From Epithemia pelagica (taxonomy: Eukaryota > Protista > Bacillariophyta): a stretch of 64,000 bases of DNA. This document shows, one piece after another, positions 45,976-59,260 of the stretch. A model generated the notes under the pieces. The model did not search any database, had not been told where the DNA came from, and was given only the letters and a program-made list of their open reading frames with translations. Both the position numbers and the translations under genes were made by a program. The DNA is taken from assembly GCA_946965045.2 (NCBI GenBank), contig OX337233.1:496001-560000 (forward strand). The letters run 5' to 3'. Every line of letters begins with the position of its first letter. Position 1 is the stretch's first letter.

Positions 45976-47454
45976 TTTCGTTCCCCGATGGTATCGCCAT
46001 TCCACAGATTTCCCTGCGGCATCATTGAGGTGGGAGCCAAACGGATGGTCCATTCGCTTGGAACAACCGCTGCCGGGTATAGTATAGTGTGACATGCCGT
46101 GTCGCAGAAAGCACAGGCAAGGGATTCAAGAATCGATAGACTAAGGTAGTACGGGTCCTCGTTTGGTTCCTCTCGGCGTACTACTACACTGCGAATCTGG
46201 TTCCGTTTCCTTGTATTCCTTTCGATACAGTGGTAGATCCACATGCTGGTGTACTTCTTGCGGGTGCATCCTTTTGGACAAGAAGGTTATTGTGGTTGGT
46301 TCTCCTGTGGTTGTTATCCGTCTCGTTGTGTAGACGTACGTACGTGTTGTTGTTGGATTCGTTCTATGGAAATGCCGCCGCCACCGCATCCATTCTTGCC
46401 AAAGGAATGGACCACACACACAAGACGACAACAACAACGACGACAACACCCACATTTCTCTCCCGGCTCTGGATTGGAACCATATGACGTTTTTGTTGAA
46501 TCACATTCTAGTATAGTTCCAACCACAGAATGTGGCACCCACCCATACAAGAGACGACGAGAACCAACCACACACGAGCCGCCTCCAGTTCCATTGGTAT
46601 CTTGGCGGAGCATCCATTCCTCTCTCTCATTGTGTTGTCTCACGCCGCCATGATTTTTCTAGTATGGCACGCACTTACTGGAGGCACGCAAATCATGCGC
46701 GACCCGATCCATGGAGGAGCAGATCGCTTTCCAATACAGGATGGTATATAGAGTGATTGTTCGTACTAGGTAGACCATTCTATGGATTCCATGGCACCCA
46801 CCGTGATAGAACGTCTACTGGTTGTGGTGCGAAAGAACACACATGCCAGTACGATTTTTGTACCGAATAGCGAGAGGAGCATCCGAGGAGACTCCAGCAC
46901 TATACTAGCTAGAGGATTCCATCCAAATCCATTGTGAGATACACCCCTTCGACGAGAAGCAGCACGAGCGTGTGAAACACCGTGGTGGTGGTGGTGGAGG
47001 AGGACACGACAAGGCTCCTTTCGCTCGGGAAACAACATTGCCTGTCGAGTTTCATCATTCGCAAGACGCGGAACGGTTGGCATTGGTGACTGCTCATGTC
47101 AGGAACCCACCACTCACGGACAACATGCGCTGTGCTCCTGCGGCTCGTCCACAAAACTGGATCGGCGAATGAACCAAGAAACAATGGGATGGACGCTGGA
47201 GGGTTCATTCGGTCCTCTATACCTAGTAGTAGTAGTAGTAGCCGTTGTTGGAGAGTGTCCATGGAGGAAACTTGTGAATTCTTTGTTCTCTACTAGTATA
47301 CAAAAATCGAACTCTTTGTAGAAGGGATTCCGTAAACTTCTCCTTCATGGTCCTGTCGTCGTCGACGACGAACCGGAAGGATGCCACACACCAACGGCAC
47401 GCCCCCGTTCTGGTGTGCTGCTCCGGGTCCCGAATGGTGGTTCCAGTGGATGAA

Positions 47455-47883
47455 TTAATACTTGGCGAGAAATCCAAGGGGACCGTCGGGATCAATAAAG
47501 TGCAAAAAATCATTGGCAATAAGAGTGGCGGGCAAAATGATGAATACATAGGCCCATCCCAAATTGAAGGGATTGGTATTGGCCTCCATGGCGGGATCGA
47601 CCCATTTCACTTGCTTGAGTTCGCCCGTATTCATGTCCTTGACGACATTGGTTGTGATTGTAGTCGGCGTCACGGCCGAAGCCGTGTCGCTGCTGGCCAA
47701 GTCCTCGGCCGAGACCGTTTCCAAGGGAGAAGCTGCTGCGGATGTGGATTCGTCGTCCTTGGAAAACATGGCCAAGGGTGTCATTCGTGAACTTGTTGTG
47801 GTGGGCGTGACGGAAAAGGATTGTACCTGCTGAGCCACACACAAGACGGCCATGCAAAACAGAGTTGCTCGCATCATCATCAT
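47455..47883 (-). CDS. Small predicted plastid-targeted membrane protein (142 aa)
   Basis: Signal peptide MMMMRATLFCMAVLCVAQQVQS followed by F (ASAF-type bipartite leader) and a Ser/Thr-rich transit-like stretch. C-terminal VKWVDPAMEANTNP..W plus a TM helix. Confidence 0.75.
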   Translation of the reverse strand: MMMMRATLFCMAVLCVAQQVQSFSVTPTTTSSRMTPLAMFSKDDESTSAAASPLETVSAEDLASSDTASAVTPTTITTNVVKDMNTGELKQVKWVDPAMEANTNPFNLGWAYVFIILPATLIANDFLHFIDPDGPLGFLAKY

Positions 47884-48205
47884 TCTCGTAATCGTTATCG
47901 TCGTTCTAGGGTAGAGAGGGAGAGAGATGAACAAGACGTTGGGAGATATTGAAATGGTCGTCAATGTGGTCGTCGTCAATCGTTGTTCTTTGGGAGACAG
48001 ATTGTATCTTTCGCACGCCGAGTGGAAGTTGAAGTTTCGCTGGTGAACGCATCTGGGTCATTCGGGGTCGCGGCAATCAAAGTGGGGTCGCGCCAAACTT
48101 GACAGGTCCGTTCCAATATTGTACGTGCCTTGGTCCACGACCTTGGTCTTGGTCACTTAAAAGAACGCGAGCCATTCCGAAATCAAGCAGACGACCGTTC
48201 ACATT

Positions 48206-51200
48206 TTGCTCCAACCAACACCACAACACCAAAAAGCAACGACGCGGCGGCCCACCGCCGCTGCAAGCGCATTCACCTGTAATAGGAGTGGTAGGAGCCG
48301 CTCGTGCTCGTCATCCGTCGTGTTTCTAGTGGTGGTTTCGTTATTGCTCGTGATCCTTGCAACAGCAAGGGAGGAGGATTCCTGGAACGGAGCGTACCCG
48401 AGCCACCATTACCATTCCGTCCCTTTTTTGAAGGGGGAACCATCATTGTCCTCCTCGTTTCGTTCCTTACAGGATTCTTCCAATCCTTCTTCTCTTGGTC
48501 GTCGTCATCGCATCTTACCGAGTGGCAAAAAGGAATCCTCGTCCTACCACCAACAGGACGACGACTACCATGACAAGAAGAAGAAGCGGGGCAAACAACA
48601 AGCAGCCTCGAAATCCACCACAACGACTCGTTCCTTGCAAACCGTCTTGAAGCGTCATCCGGAATTAACCTTGTTGGTCCAAGCCTTGGATGTCACCAAC
48701 CTGTGGTCCTGGTTGGCCACGGACAATGGGGGAACATGGACCATTTTCGCTCCCACCAATGCCGCCCTCGAAGCCGCCTTGCAAGAGCATCCCGACTTGC
48801 AAACTGCCATTTTAAGACACGATCCAGATTCGAGTTCCATGGCAACCTTGCGACACTGGCTCTTGGTCCATTTTCTTCCGAATCGGGTCGTCGTGTTGCA
48901 GGACCTGCCCGTTTCGTCCCACATCATTCTCGAAACCGCTTGGGCATTCTACCCACCACCCTGACGCTCCAAATCAATCCTTTTGGAACCGCATTCGTAT
49001 GGTTCAATGACCAAGAGAGTGAACACCGACATCCGCCCGCCAAGGTCTTACAAGCAGATTTACGGGCCTGCAATGGCGTCGTCCATGTTCTGGATCAAGT
49101 CTTGGTGCCGCACAACAACGACAATGGCAAGGTTCCATCGTCCCTTCCCCGGACAGTACCCAAACCCACTTCGGCACCCACCCTCGGGACGACTCCCAAA
49201 CCAACCACCACCATGCCCGTTTCCTCGGTTCCCGTGGCACCACCCACACTTCGTCCGACAACAAGTAATCCCTCACCGTCTCCCACTCCTTTGGTCGACA
49301 CCCAAACCATTGCCCAATTCATCTCCCAAAATCCCGAGCGCTATTCCCTCTTGGAACAAGCGCTGTTCCAAACCAACGTGTGGACGACCCTCAATGATAC
49401 TTTTGCAGACTTGACTTTTTTGGCACCGACCAATGCCGCCTGGAATCAATCCTTGTCGACCTATCAACAAGACTATTTGTTCCAAACGACCGACATGATG
49501 CGTCGAGTGCTCTGGTATAATGTTATTCTTGGAATTGTCACGCGAGACGACTTGATTGCTCAAGCCTGGTCCTTGACACCCCTCGACAATTTACTCCTGT
49601 CCAATCAAACGATTCTCGTCTTGGTCGACGATGCACCCGAGAACAGCGACTACGACTTGGTCGTCTTGTTGTGGGGACTCGCCAATTCCAATGTCGAACA
49701 TCCGCCCCAAGTCGTACAAGCCAATCAGGCTGCATCCAATGGCTTGATTCATGACGTCCATCAAGTCCTACTGCCCCGCTTGCCCGTGGCGGCCACGGTC
49801 GCCCTCCAAGAATTTACCATCTTGTATCAAGTGCTCCAAGACTTGGACTTGGTCGAGTTGCTCAACAATGATGACATCAACTCGGAACAGGAATTTACCC
49901 TGTTTGCACCGACGGATCAAGCCTTTGGCGCGATACGACCCGATGTCTGGGACTTTTTGCAAGCGCCGCAACAAGTCGACTTGTGGCGGTCGATCATCTT
50001 GTATCATGTGCTCCCCCAACGCTTTACACGATCTCAATTGCGCAATTATCCACCCGAATGGTCCCTGAGAACCTTGCAAGCGCAAGGTTTGCACGTGGAA
50101 TTGCTCGAGGGCGATGACAATGACGAACAAGTTTTGGTTGTTCGGGGCAATAACAATCCCCGTGACACGTCACCGCCCTTGCGGGACGAAGAATACATTG
50201 CCACCAATGGTTTGGTCTATGCCGTTGATCAAGTCTTGCTGCCGACGCTGTCCCTTGGCCATCAATTGGTCTTTACCGGGGGCTTTTCCATTTTGTTGTC
50301 CGCCTTGGACCAAACCAACTTGTGGACACGACACGGTTCCTCAACAATCGATTGCAACGCCTCACCTTGTTGGCACCGACCGATGCGGCCTTTGGCGCCT
50401 TGGGCAATCGCGCTCTAACGTACTTGACGAATCGGGTCGAATTGTTGGAATTTGTCCTCTTGTATCACGTCTTGGATCGAGTTTCGACACGCAACGACTT
50501 GTTGCCCACAGATGGGTCCGATTCCACCGTGGTGCGGAATACCTTGAATTCACAATTCTTAAGGATTGTGGTGACCAATGCAACAACCACAACAGAGGAC
50601 AATAGTAACGAGACTTTATCCGAGTTGACCGTCGTGGTGCAAGGCAATCTCTTTCGAACAAGCGTGGTGGAACCTGCTGAAATCATTGATCCGTTTGATG
50701 TGCCGGCCGTCAATGGAATCCTTCATACCATCCATCAAGTCTTATTGCCCCTCTTGCCCGTGGGTGTCACGGCCTTTTTGACACCCACACTGTCCTCGTC
50801 ATGGATGATTCAAGCCTTGGATCAAACGGGCTTGTTGCATACCATGAATAATCTCGAAAACGGCTTTGTGACACTCTTGGTACCGACCAATGAGGCCTTT
50901 CAAGCCTTGAATGTCAATAGCTTGGACGACTTGTTGGACGAACAACTTGATGGCGACTTTTTGTTGACCCGTGTCTTGGAAACCCACGTCTTTCGGGATT
51001 TGGCCTTGTTTCGCGAAAGCATTACTAGTTTTGTGGCTGGCAATCAAGGCACCCCCATTCAACTCACGAGTGACTCGGGGACGGATTGGATCTTGTCCGT
51101 AACGCAGTTTCCGCAAATTGTCCAAGACACGGCCGAAGTGGCGGTGGAAACGGTCCGGACCGAACCGGGCTTGCCCATTACTCGTGCCAATTTCATTGAC

Positions 51201-51260
51201 ACTCAAGTCGTGGCCTTTCGGGGGGTCATTCATTGGATCGATGCCGTCTTGTTGCCCTGA
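48206..51260 (+). CDS. Secreted protein with five FAS1 domains and a Pro/Thr linker, about 1015 aa; apparent 1-nt deletions near 48939 and 50322; no in-frame ATG before the signal-like helix
   Basis: Five H1/H2 pairs spread over ORFs 48206, 48703 and 50322. VVFLVVVSLLLVILATA leader. Confidence 0.75.
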
Positions 51261-51791
51261 GGATACACACTTTTTGGTATGGAACGATCGTTGTGCCGAA
51301 CAAAAGGAGGGTGGGGCTTGTGGACGGATGAGACAACGAAACTCCTTGTCTCTCCAGCACAACATCGAGAGAGAACACTCATAGCCGTGTCATGATGTGT
51401 ACAAACAACCATTCGTTCCGATCGGTAGAAAGTTCGGTGATGGCTGTCCGATCCACGACAGACTTGAGATCATAAGATTCCACACGGTTGTGGCGCGTGA
51501 CGAAATGTTGAACGCATACTATTATGGGTGACGTGTGACCAACACCGAATCCACGATCCGTGATTCGCATGAACGCAGCGGCGGACAATGAACATGTGGG
51601 ATCGAAAACGTTGGTGGATAGATGAACACTTTGTGTCAATGATGCTCAACGGTTCTTGGAGTGACTGCGCCGGCGATATTGGTTAAAAGTGCTTCACATC
51701 AAAGGAAGGCAATGTTTCACTTCAAAGCCTGAGTTATCATTATCATTTTCCTCGGCACATATTTTCGTGTTCCGAACTATATCAAAGGACC

Positions 51792-53495
51792 ATGGAAGAA
51801 CAAGCCAGATTATCACATCTTCGATTTTCTAAATCGAACAAAGATGACGTACCACAATGGAAACCCGACTTATGGCCATCACTTCTGGGTGGACGGCGTT
51901 GGTTTCATGCATCGGTTGTTTTGAATGACGAGGAAAAGGAACAGCAGACAGTCGTTGTCATTGGAGGACAAACAGCAAAGGGCGGTACAAATTCGGTGTT
52001 GTTGATGGATTTGGAAAAGGAAACGAAGGAGTGGACAGAAGGTCCAAGCCTGAATAAAAGTCGTTATGGACATGCAGCAGTGGTTTGCAATGGCTTTGTG
52101 TACGCATTGGGAGGAGTCTGTGATCATCAGCGTTTGGATTCCATAGAGCGGATTGAGCTTTTGGATCTATTGAAGTCACCGTGTACTAACAACAAGCACT
52201 GGACCATATTGAACTGTAAAATGTCCACTCCAAGATACGGATGTCAAGCTGTTGCGGTACATAGTCGATTTATTGTGGTCGCCGGTGGATACAATGGAAG
52301 CTACTTGTCGTCGACTGACATTATCGATACGGCAGTGCAAACTCAACACATTGTCATTGCAGGTCCTTGCATGATGGTTCCTCGATGTACCTATGCAATG
52401 GCTCTTGTTGGCGATCGAATCTTTGCCATTGGTGGGTCCAATGGAATTTCCACAGTGAACTCTGTTGAATACTTGGAATTCATGAAGTCATCTTCCGAGA
52501 CCAATGCGGATGTGAATATCGTCTTTCCTTCATCGTCGAAATGGAAAGTCCACAAGGAGCTGGTCCTTTCTGTCCCTCGGAAGCTACATGGTGTTGTGAA
52601 TGTCGGGACTTCTCTGATTGTCGCAGGAGGTTATGGTGATTATTATTTGAAGTCAGTAGAAGTATTGGACACGAAGCGCAACGTGGCATTCAAGCTACCT
52701 GATATGACTGTGGGGCGGGATGGTCTTAGTGTGGTTTCATTCCCTGACGGAATTGCTGTCATTGGAGGGCGTTGTTGTAGGGATACTTGTGAAACGCTCT
52801 CATTGATTGAGATACATGGATCCACCAAGGTACGACGCTTGTTGTAGTAAGAGTTGGATGTGATATCACACGAAAGGAATGGAGAATTGATGTGAAAGAT
52901 TGCCGTATTGTTTTCTAACGAAGATTTGGTCTTTTGCTTTTCACATAATCTCCAGACTATGTTTTCATGCCGTGCCGAGCTGGACATGGAACTTGACAAA
53001 CTCAACGATAAGATTCAACTTGCAAATAGGGATCGCAGCAAATTAAAGGCGCTGGAAGAGGCCATTGAGGCGGAATCTCTGTTGCCGGTGATGGAATGGT
53101 TACGTGATCACGACGACAAGTTCCGCTCTGTCCAGAAGCTGAAAAAAACTATTGACGGACTGAAACGGAAATTGGATGATATTGACGGCTTTGTGGGGTG
53201 TCTTCCAATTGCTCGCAAGATTGACGAGCTAGAAAACCTTGTCGAATTGAATGTCAGTTTTGGTGATGAAAAGAACCTTGTTGGTCAGAAATCAGTTGTT
53301 GATGTTGAATCCGGGAACGAAACACTACTAGTGTCTATCCGTACCACTGATGAGCTTTCCAGCAATGGTTGTGACGACCCCGAAAAGCAATTTATGAAAC
53401 TGGAAGATATGATGATTGAACAAAGGAACATGATAGCTCAACTTTCTGATCGGGTTCGTTTGCTTGAGAAGAAAAGAAGTCGGTCCATTTCGTGA
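51792..53495 (+). CDS. Kelch + coiled-coil protein K4, 525 aa; exons 51792-52829 and 52956-53495
   Basis: Six Kelch repeats; phase-0 126-nt GT-AG intron; intact. Confidence 0.9.
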
Positions 53496-53644
53496 AGAAT
53501 TACCAAGGTGTCTGTTGGGATCACAAATTATTTATCCTTCTATATAGTCCATTGTCAAATTTGTTTGTAAGTACTAAGTACGTCCGTCGGTGTGATCCGC
53601 CTACAGCATATGGGCTCCGGGGGACGAAAAATTCCACCGCGATA

Positions 53645-53860
53645 GCGTAGTATTATCTATCGCAGTGAGTCCCAACTGAAACCGAGGTACCGTGAGGGGT
53701 ATCTATAATCTCCACGGACGACGCGGCGAATTGGGAACGCATGTCAATCAAGCGACACTGTATCGTTTTCCATGTGGTGGTATTCGTGGTGGTGGTCGGT
53801 GTCTTGGTGGGGTCTGCTGGACGTGTCTTTGTCTTATCCGAACGTCCTTTTGACCGAGCA
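53645..53860 (-). pseudogene. Remnant of a Kelch type-B gene
   Basis: PADPTKTPTTTTNTTTWKTIQCRLIDMR...SSVEIIDT resembles KB2 PTDPNK...TWETLQCRLMEAR...SSVEVLDT, with an internal deletion. Confidence 0.55.
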
Positions 53861-54457
53861 ACATTCACGATGTGTGGAACGTTGATACACATACAAGAAC
53901 GCATCGGTGGACAATGAACATGCGGGATCCAATGCGTTGGTGCATATGGACACACACTTGTGTGTGTCAATAAAGCTCCACGATTCGTGGAACGACTACG
54001 CCGGTGATCTTGGAGGAGTGCTTCACATCAGATCCTGACATGCTTGGCAATGTTTCAAATAAACAGAGTTATCCTCATCGCAGTCTTAGAAACTTTGGAA
54101 TTTTGTTTGCATCCAATACCGGACTTACGCTCGCAATTCCACGGTTGTGGGATGCTGGTCCTCTTTTAAAGGATCATAATATGTGTGACGTGTACCAACA
54201 CCGAACGGAGCAACAGCCACGATGCGATGATGGTTGATACAGATACAAGAACGCAGTGGCGGGCAATGAATATACATGCGAGATCCATACCGATGCTGCA
54301 CATAATCGTTCTATGTGATTGAAGCTCAACGGTTCGTGGAGTGACTGCGCAGGTGATCTTGGATGAGTGCTTCACATCAAAAGCTCACACACCGAGCACA
54401 GTTTTTTGCACCTTTCTTCAACACACTTTATTGCGTTCCCAATTATATCAAAGGAAC

Positions 54458-56236
54458 ATGCAAGAAGAAGCGAGATTGTCCAATCTTCTCTTTCCTGACA
54501 CCAACAAAGATGAAATGCCAGAATGCAAATGCGACACATGACCGCCGCTTTTGGGTGGATGGCGTCGGTATCATGCATCGGTTGTTGTGAATGGCGAGAA
54601 AAAGGAAAACCAGACAGTCGTTGTCATTGGAGGACAAAAAGCAAGGTGCATCGTCACAAATTCTGTGTTGTTGATGGATTTGGAAAAGGACACGAAGGAG
54701 TGGACAGAAGGTCCAAGGCTGAATAAAAGTCGTTGTGGACTTGCAGCAGTGGTTTGTAATGGCTCTGTTTACGCCTTGGGAGGAATCTGTAATGGTCAAC
54801 GTCTGGATTCAATCGAGCGAATTGATCTTGTAGATTTGTTGAAATCACCATGTACTTCCGACAACACGAAGCATTGGGAGATATTGACTTGTACATTGTC
54901 CACTCCAAGAGAAGGGTGTCAAGCTGCTACGGTACATAATCGTTTTATTGTGGTCGTCGGTGGACACGATGTCAGCTTCCTGTCGTCGACTAATATTATT
55001 GATACGGCAGTGCAAAATCAACACATTGTCGTTCGAGGTCCTTCAATGACGGTTCCTCGAGCTGTGTGTGGATTGGGTGTTGTTGGCCATCGCATCTTTG
55101 TCATTGGCGGGTACAACGGAAGTTCCAGACTAAACTCAGTTGAATATTTGGAGTTCATTGAAGCTTCTAAAGCGAACAATGATAACTTGAGTTTGATCTT
55201 TCCTTCATCGTCGAAATGGAAAGTTCACAAGAATCTGCTCCTTTCTGTTCCTCGGCATTCACACGCTGTTGCGAAAGTCGGGACGTGTCTGATTGTGACA
55301 GGAGGTCATTCCGCTTTGAAGTCAGTCGAGTTATTGGACACGAAGCGCAACGTGGTGTTCAACTTACCTGATTGGACCGTGGAGCGCGAAGCTCATAGCG
55401 CGGTTTCATTTTTGGACAGAATTGTGGTCATTGGAGGGCTTCGTGAAGATACCTGTGAGTCGCTTGCATCGATTGACATGCAGGTACACACCATGGTACG
55501 ATCTTGATATCGCAAGCGACTGGAGGAACCGCTTTCAAACATTCTCACAACCATTTCGTGCTGTTTCTTCTCGCAGAGTCTCCAGAACAGGTATTCGTGT
55601 CGTGCTGAGCTCGACATGGAACTTGAAAAACTGAAGAGAAAGATTCAACTTGCAAATAGGGATCATGAGGCCATTGAGGCGGAATCCTTGTTGCCTCTGA
55701 TGCAATGGCTTCGTGATCACGACGACAAGTTCCGTTCTGTACAGGAACTTCGAGCAGGTATTGACGAACTGAAAGGGAAATTGAAAGATATAGATAGTTT
55801 TGTGGGGTGCCTTCCAATTGCACGCAAGATTGAAGAACTACAACAGCTTGTCGACTGGAATGAGAGTTTTGGTAATTAAAAGAACCTTGCTGGACAAAAA
55901 TCAGAGATTGAGGTTGAAGCCGGTTCGATGACAGGAAAGGAAACACTGCTGGTGTCGGAACGTACCACTCGTGAGTTTGTCGACTTGAATTTCAGGCTTG
56001 GTGATGAAAAGAACCTTGCTGGTCCGAAAGCAAAGGATGACTTTGAATTCGTGTCGGTGACCGGAAACAAAACACTACCAGTGTCGGTCCGTTCTACTGA
56101 TGAACTCTCGAATGCTTGTCATAATCCCGAAGAACGACTTAGGAAACTGGAAGATATGATGATTGAACAAAGGAACATGATGGCTCAACTTGAAGATATG
56201 ATTGTTCAACTTTCTGATCGGGTTGGGCGTGCTTGA
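54458..56236 (+). pseudogene. Kelch + coiled-coil pseudogene K5 (exons 54458-55495 and 55577-56236)
   Basis: In-frame stops TGA 54539-41 (paralogues have Trp) and TAA 55877-79 (paralogues have Glu), plus a short in-frame deletion in the coiled coil. Confidence 0.85.
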
Positions 56237-57808
56237 GAAGACCAACTAGGTCCATTTGCCATATTCAGACGGTAATTTTGATTGCTGTGTCGTGTTTACC
56301 TGGATTCCATATCGAGGGAATGGAGGTGGAACAATAGACAAAGGGCGAACACCTCGTCTCGAATCCGATCATATATCTGTGTGTTGGTGGTTCTGCTCTG
56401 TGATACTCCAGAGAGGAGGAGAGAGACATTGTCGCTTGCAGTGCGTCATTGGTTGGTGGATTGACCACATCCATCAGCCATCGTTTACCATAGTTTCCAC
56501 CACGGACGGCGGCTCGGCTCCTCCTTGTCGTCGTTGTCATCCTTTGCCTTGTTGTTGTCGTTGGTGAGATTGGAAGTTGATGGTTCCACGCGATTCCTCT
56601 GCTTGTTGTGCTTGGTTTGGAACGGGTCGTCAAGTTTGGGGAACGGGTCGTCAAGTTTGTGTGTGTGTGTGTGCTGCTGCTGGTCGAGGCGGGAGGAGAC
56701 CGACTCATCTGAAGAGGACCCGGGCGCTGGTGACAACGGGTTATTGTTCCTACTGTCTTGGATCATGGGTTTTCACGCGAACCGTGCCGTGCTCCCCCAC
56801 AAGTCTTGGATCCACCCGGAGGGTTGCGTGCCTTGTTCTTGTCTTGCTGTTTCTTTTTTGGTTGGCGATACTTGACTATCGTTCGGCCTTGGCGACGAGC
56901 CATGGATCGCATTCTTCTTCGAGGGCTTGTTGTTGTTGTTCCTCCACTGGTGGGAATGGCCATGGACGTTGTATTTGGGTTGTTGTACTAGGGTCGTCAT
57001 TGGCAAAAGGATCTCCACCAGGTATCACTTGTGTCGTTGTCGTTGTCGTCGACGAGGGAGAATGCGGCGGTACCGAGGTTTTGGGGTCTTGTCGTCGTCG
57101 TTGTTCCTATTCTGGATACAAAATTGTTCTTGTTGGCTTTGGCAGCGATACGATCCAAACTGTCTGGTTTTCAAGCATGCGCGTGCGAGAAATTGTGTCT
57201 TGACGTCATGTGCATGTTGGCGGGTCTCCGCAATTTCTCGCAGACATGCTTGAAACCCAGACAGTTTGGATCGTATGGAAAGATGCGCACACACAAACAG
57301 AACGAAAAAACATGGCTGGGTGAGCTGGGGATCCGTTGGTCAAGGGATATTTCGGCCCCATTCACTACCGTGATCTAGAAAGACTTTGGGTTTTAAACGT
57401 TTGGCTTTGGCTGCTGCTGATACGTTGTTTGGGGAAAGACGGCACTTTTGTCTCGTCAGGCAAAGAACTGACGATCGTGCCCAATACGACAGAAAGAAGG
57501 AGGAATAGCAACACAAAGGTTGAGTTCATGAATACTGTCATCGTTGTCGTTGATGCGATTCCAAGGATTGCGAGAGAGGGATGCTACGAGGCACTCTCGT
57601 TTTCTCGCTATGATCCAATCGAACCATCTCTCGTTTCGGGGCGGGATGATCGAGATGAAGCCAACGAGACGCTTTTGGATCCTCTCTCATCGTTCGTTTT
57701 CTCTCTCCGAAAAAGATCTTCCCTTAAAGCGATCTAGACGCGACTCGTGGCTTCCCACAAATCCAGCAGACGGACAGACGGAAGATCCAAATCATCATCC
57801 ATCACGAC
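56148..57808 (+). repeat. Segmental duplication, copy 1 (about 1.7 kb; K5 3' end plus downstream region)
   Basis: Near-identical to 61019-62822; 57290-57808 matches 62304-62822 almost base for base. Confidence 0.9.
57151..57273. mobile_element. 123-bp TA-flanked inverted-repeat element (MITE-like or hairpin RNA), copy 1
   Basis: CGATCCAAACTGTCTGGTTTTCAAGCATG..TGCGAGAAATTG / CAATTTCTCGCA..CATGCTTGAAACCCAGACAGTTTGGATCG, with TA on both sides. Confidence 0.6.
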
Positions 57809-58719
57809 CATGACCAAAAGTGGTTGATCAAACTGAGAAAGATCCTTTTCTTCGTTTTGTCTTTGTGCAAGAGATAACCATGTCACTCCGAACGCACGTC
57901 GTCGTCTTCAACGCCATCGCATTCACGACGACTCGTATGGTAGGGTGATATTCTAAAGGAATCATCCACACCATCCTTTCAGAGTTTTGGCCATGACAAA
58001 AACAACGATTATTACAAGGCAAAGACGACAGCGAAAACCAGCAGCAACAGCAACAGCAAGACCAACAAGAAAACGTCGCAAACGCAATTCGAGTCATCGT
58101 CCTCCAATACAACAACGACCTCAAGACAACGATTGCGTCGCTTGACTCAAACTAATTCGTTGCCATCGTCGTCCTTATGGTGGGTACGCTATCTCATGTT
58201 ACTGGCTCAATATCGTGCAACAAAAATACTGACATGGTGCAACATGGATTGGATGCGGCCTACAGTCGGTTGTCTTGCGAACCTGGGATGCCGACTTGGC
58301 AATTTCAAACCTCTCGTTTTGTAGATATGCAAGGGTGGTTTTTGGAGTATTGTCGCCACGGTCCTGGCACCACCTCTGGCCCTAATCATGTGTTGTGAAT
58401 GGTACGATTCGGATCAAACCTTGCTGGAATTGCGCAAGAAATGCGGCAACAAGGGACCCTCATCACACAACACCAAACCTCGGAACAACATGACTTGTTC
58501 TGTAAAGAACGATTTGGAATTCTGGTCTAGGAACAATTGCAAACCGGCTTTGAGTATATTGTCCATGGCGAACCTCGTTCAGTCCCAATCACAGTCATTA
58601 TAACACCCAGAACAACAATAAGCTATCCTCATGGGTTTCGCGACCCTCCCCCATGTTTCTCCAACGACAAGAACAACCAATGGTGGTTCCAATTTCAGCT
58701 TGGTGGATACCTTGAATTC

Positions 58720-59260
58720 ACAGTTCTTGAGGATTGTGGTGACCAATCAAACCACTGTGAACCTTTCGAACGAACGTGGTGGAACCAGCTCAAATTGTTA
58801 CATCAATCTTGCTGCCCCTCTTGCCGTCGGTGGGTGTCACCGCCTTTTTGACACCCACTCTGTCTTCTTTGTGCTTGATTCAACCATTGGTCTAGACGGG
58901 GTTGTTGGATACAATGAACAATCTCGAAGCGGGCTTTGTGACACTTTTGGTGCCGACCAATCAGGCCTTTGAAGTCTTGAATGTCAATAGCTTGACGTTG
59001 ACTTGTGTCTTGGACCCAATGTGTATCGTGGCGGTACCTTGTTTCGAGAGAGCATTACCAGTTTCATGGCCGGCAACCAAGGCAATCCCATTCAACTTAC
59101 CAGTGATTCGGCTACCGATTGGATCTTTTCCGCGACACAATTTCCGCAATCTCTCGGCCGTGGACCGGACCGAACCGGATTTGCCTCTCACCTGCGCCAA
59201 TTTCGTCAATACCCAAGTCGTCGCCCTTCGAGGGGTCATTCACTGGGATCGATGCCGTCT
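58720..59260 (+). pseudogene. Degenerate fragment of the FAS1 gene 3' end
   Basis: DTLNSQFLRIVVTN, TMNNLEAGFVTLLVPTNQAF and FVNTQVVALRGVIHW resemble 50540-51260, with deletions and frameshifts. Confidence 0.8.

Noticed and set aside
46141-47300. Short ORFs between the inverted FAS1 copy and the plastid-protein gene
   Set aside because: Low complexity, mutually overlapping, no motifs.
57828-58680. Fragments such as ICKGGFWSIVATVLAPPLALIMCCEWYD
   Set aside because: May be a degraded membrane-protein gene, but no coherent model could be built.
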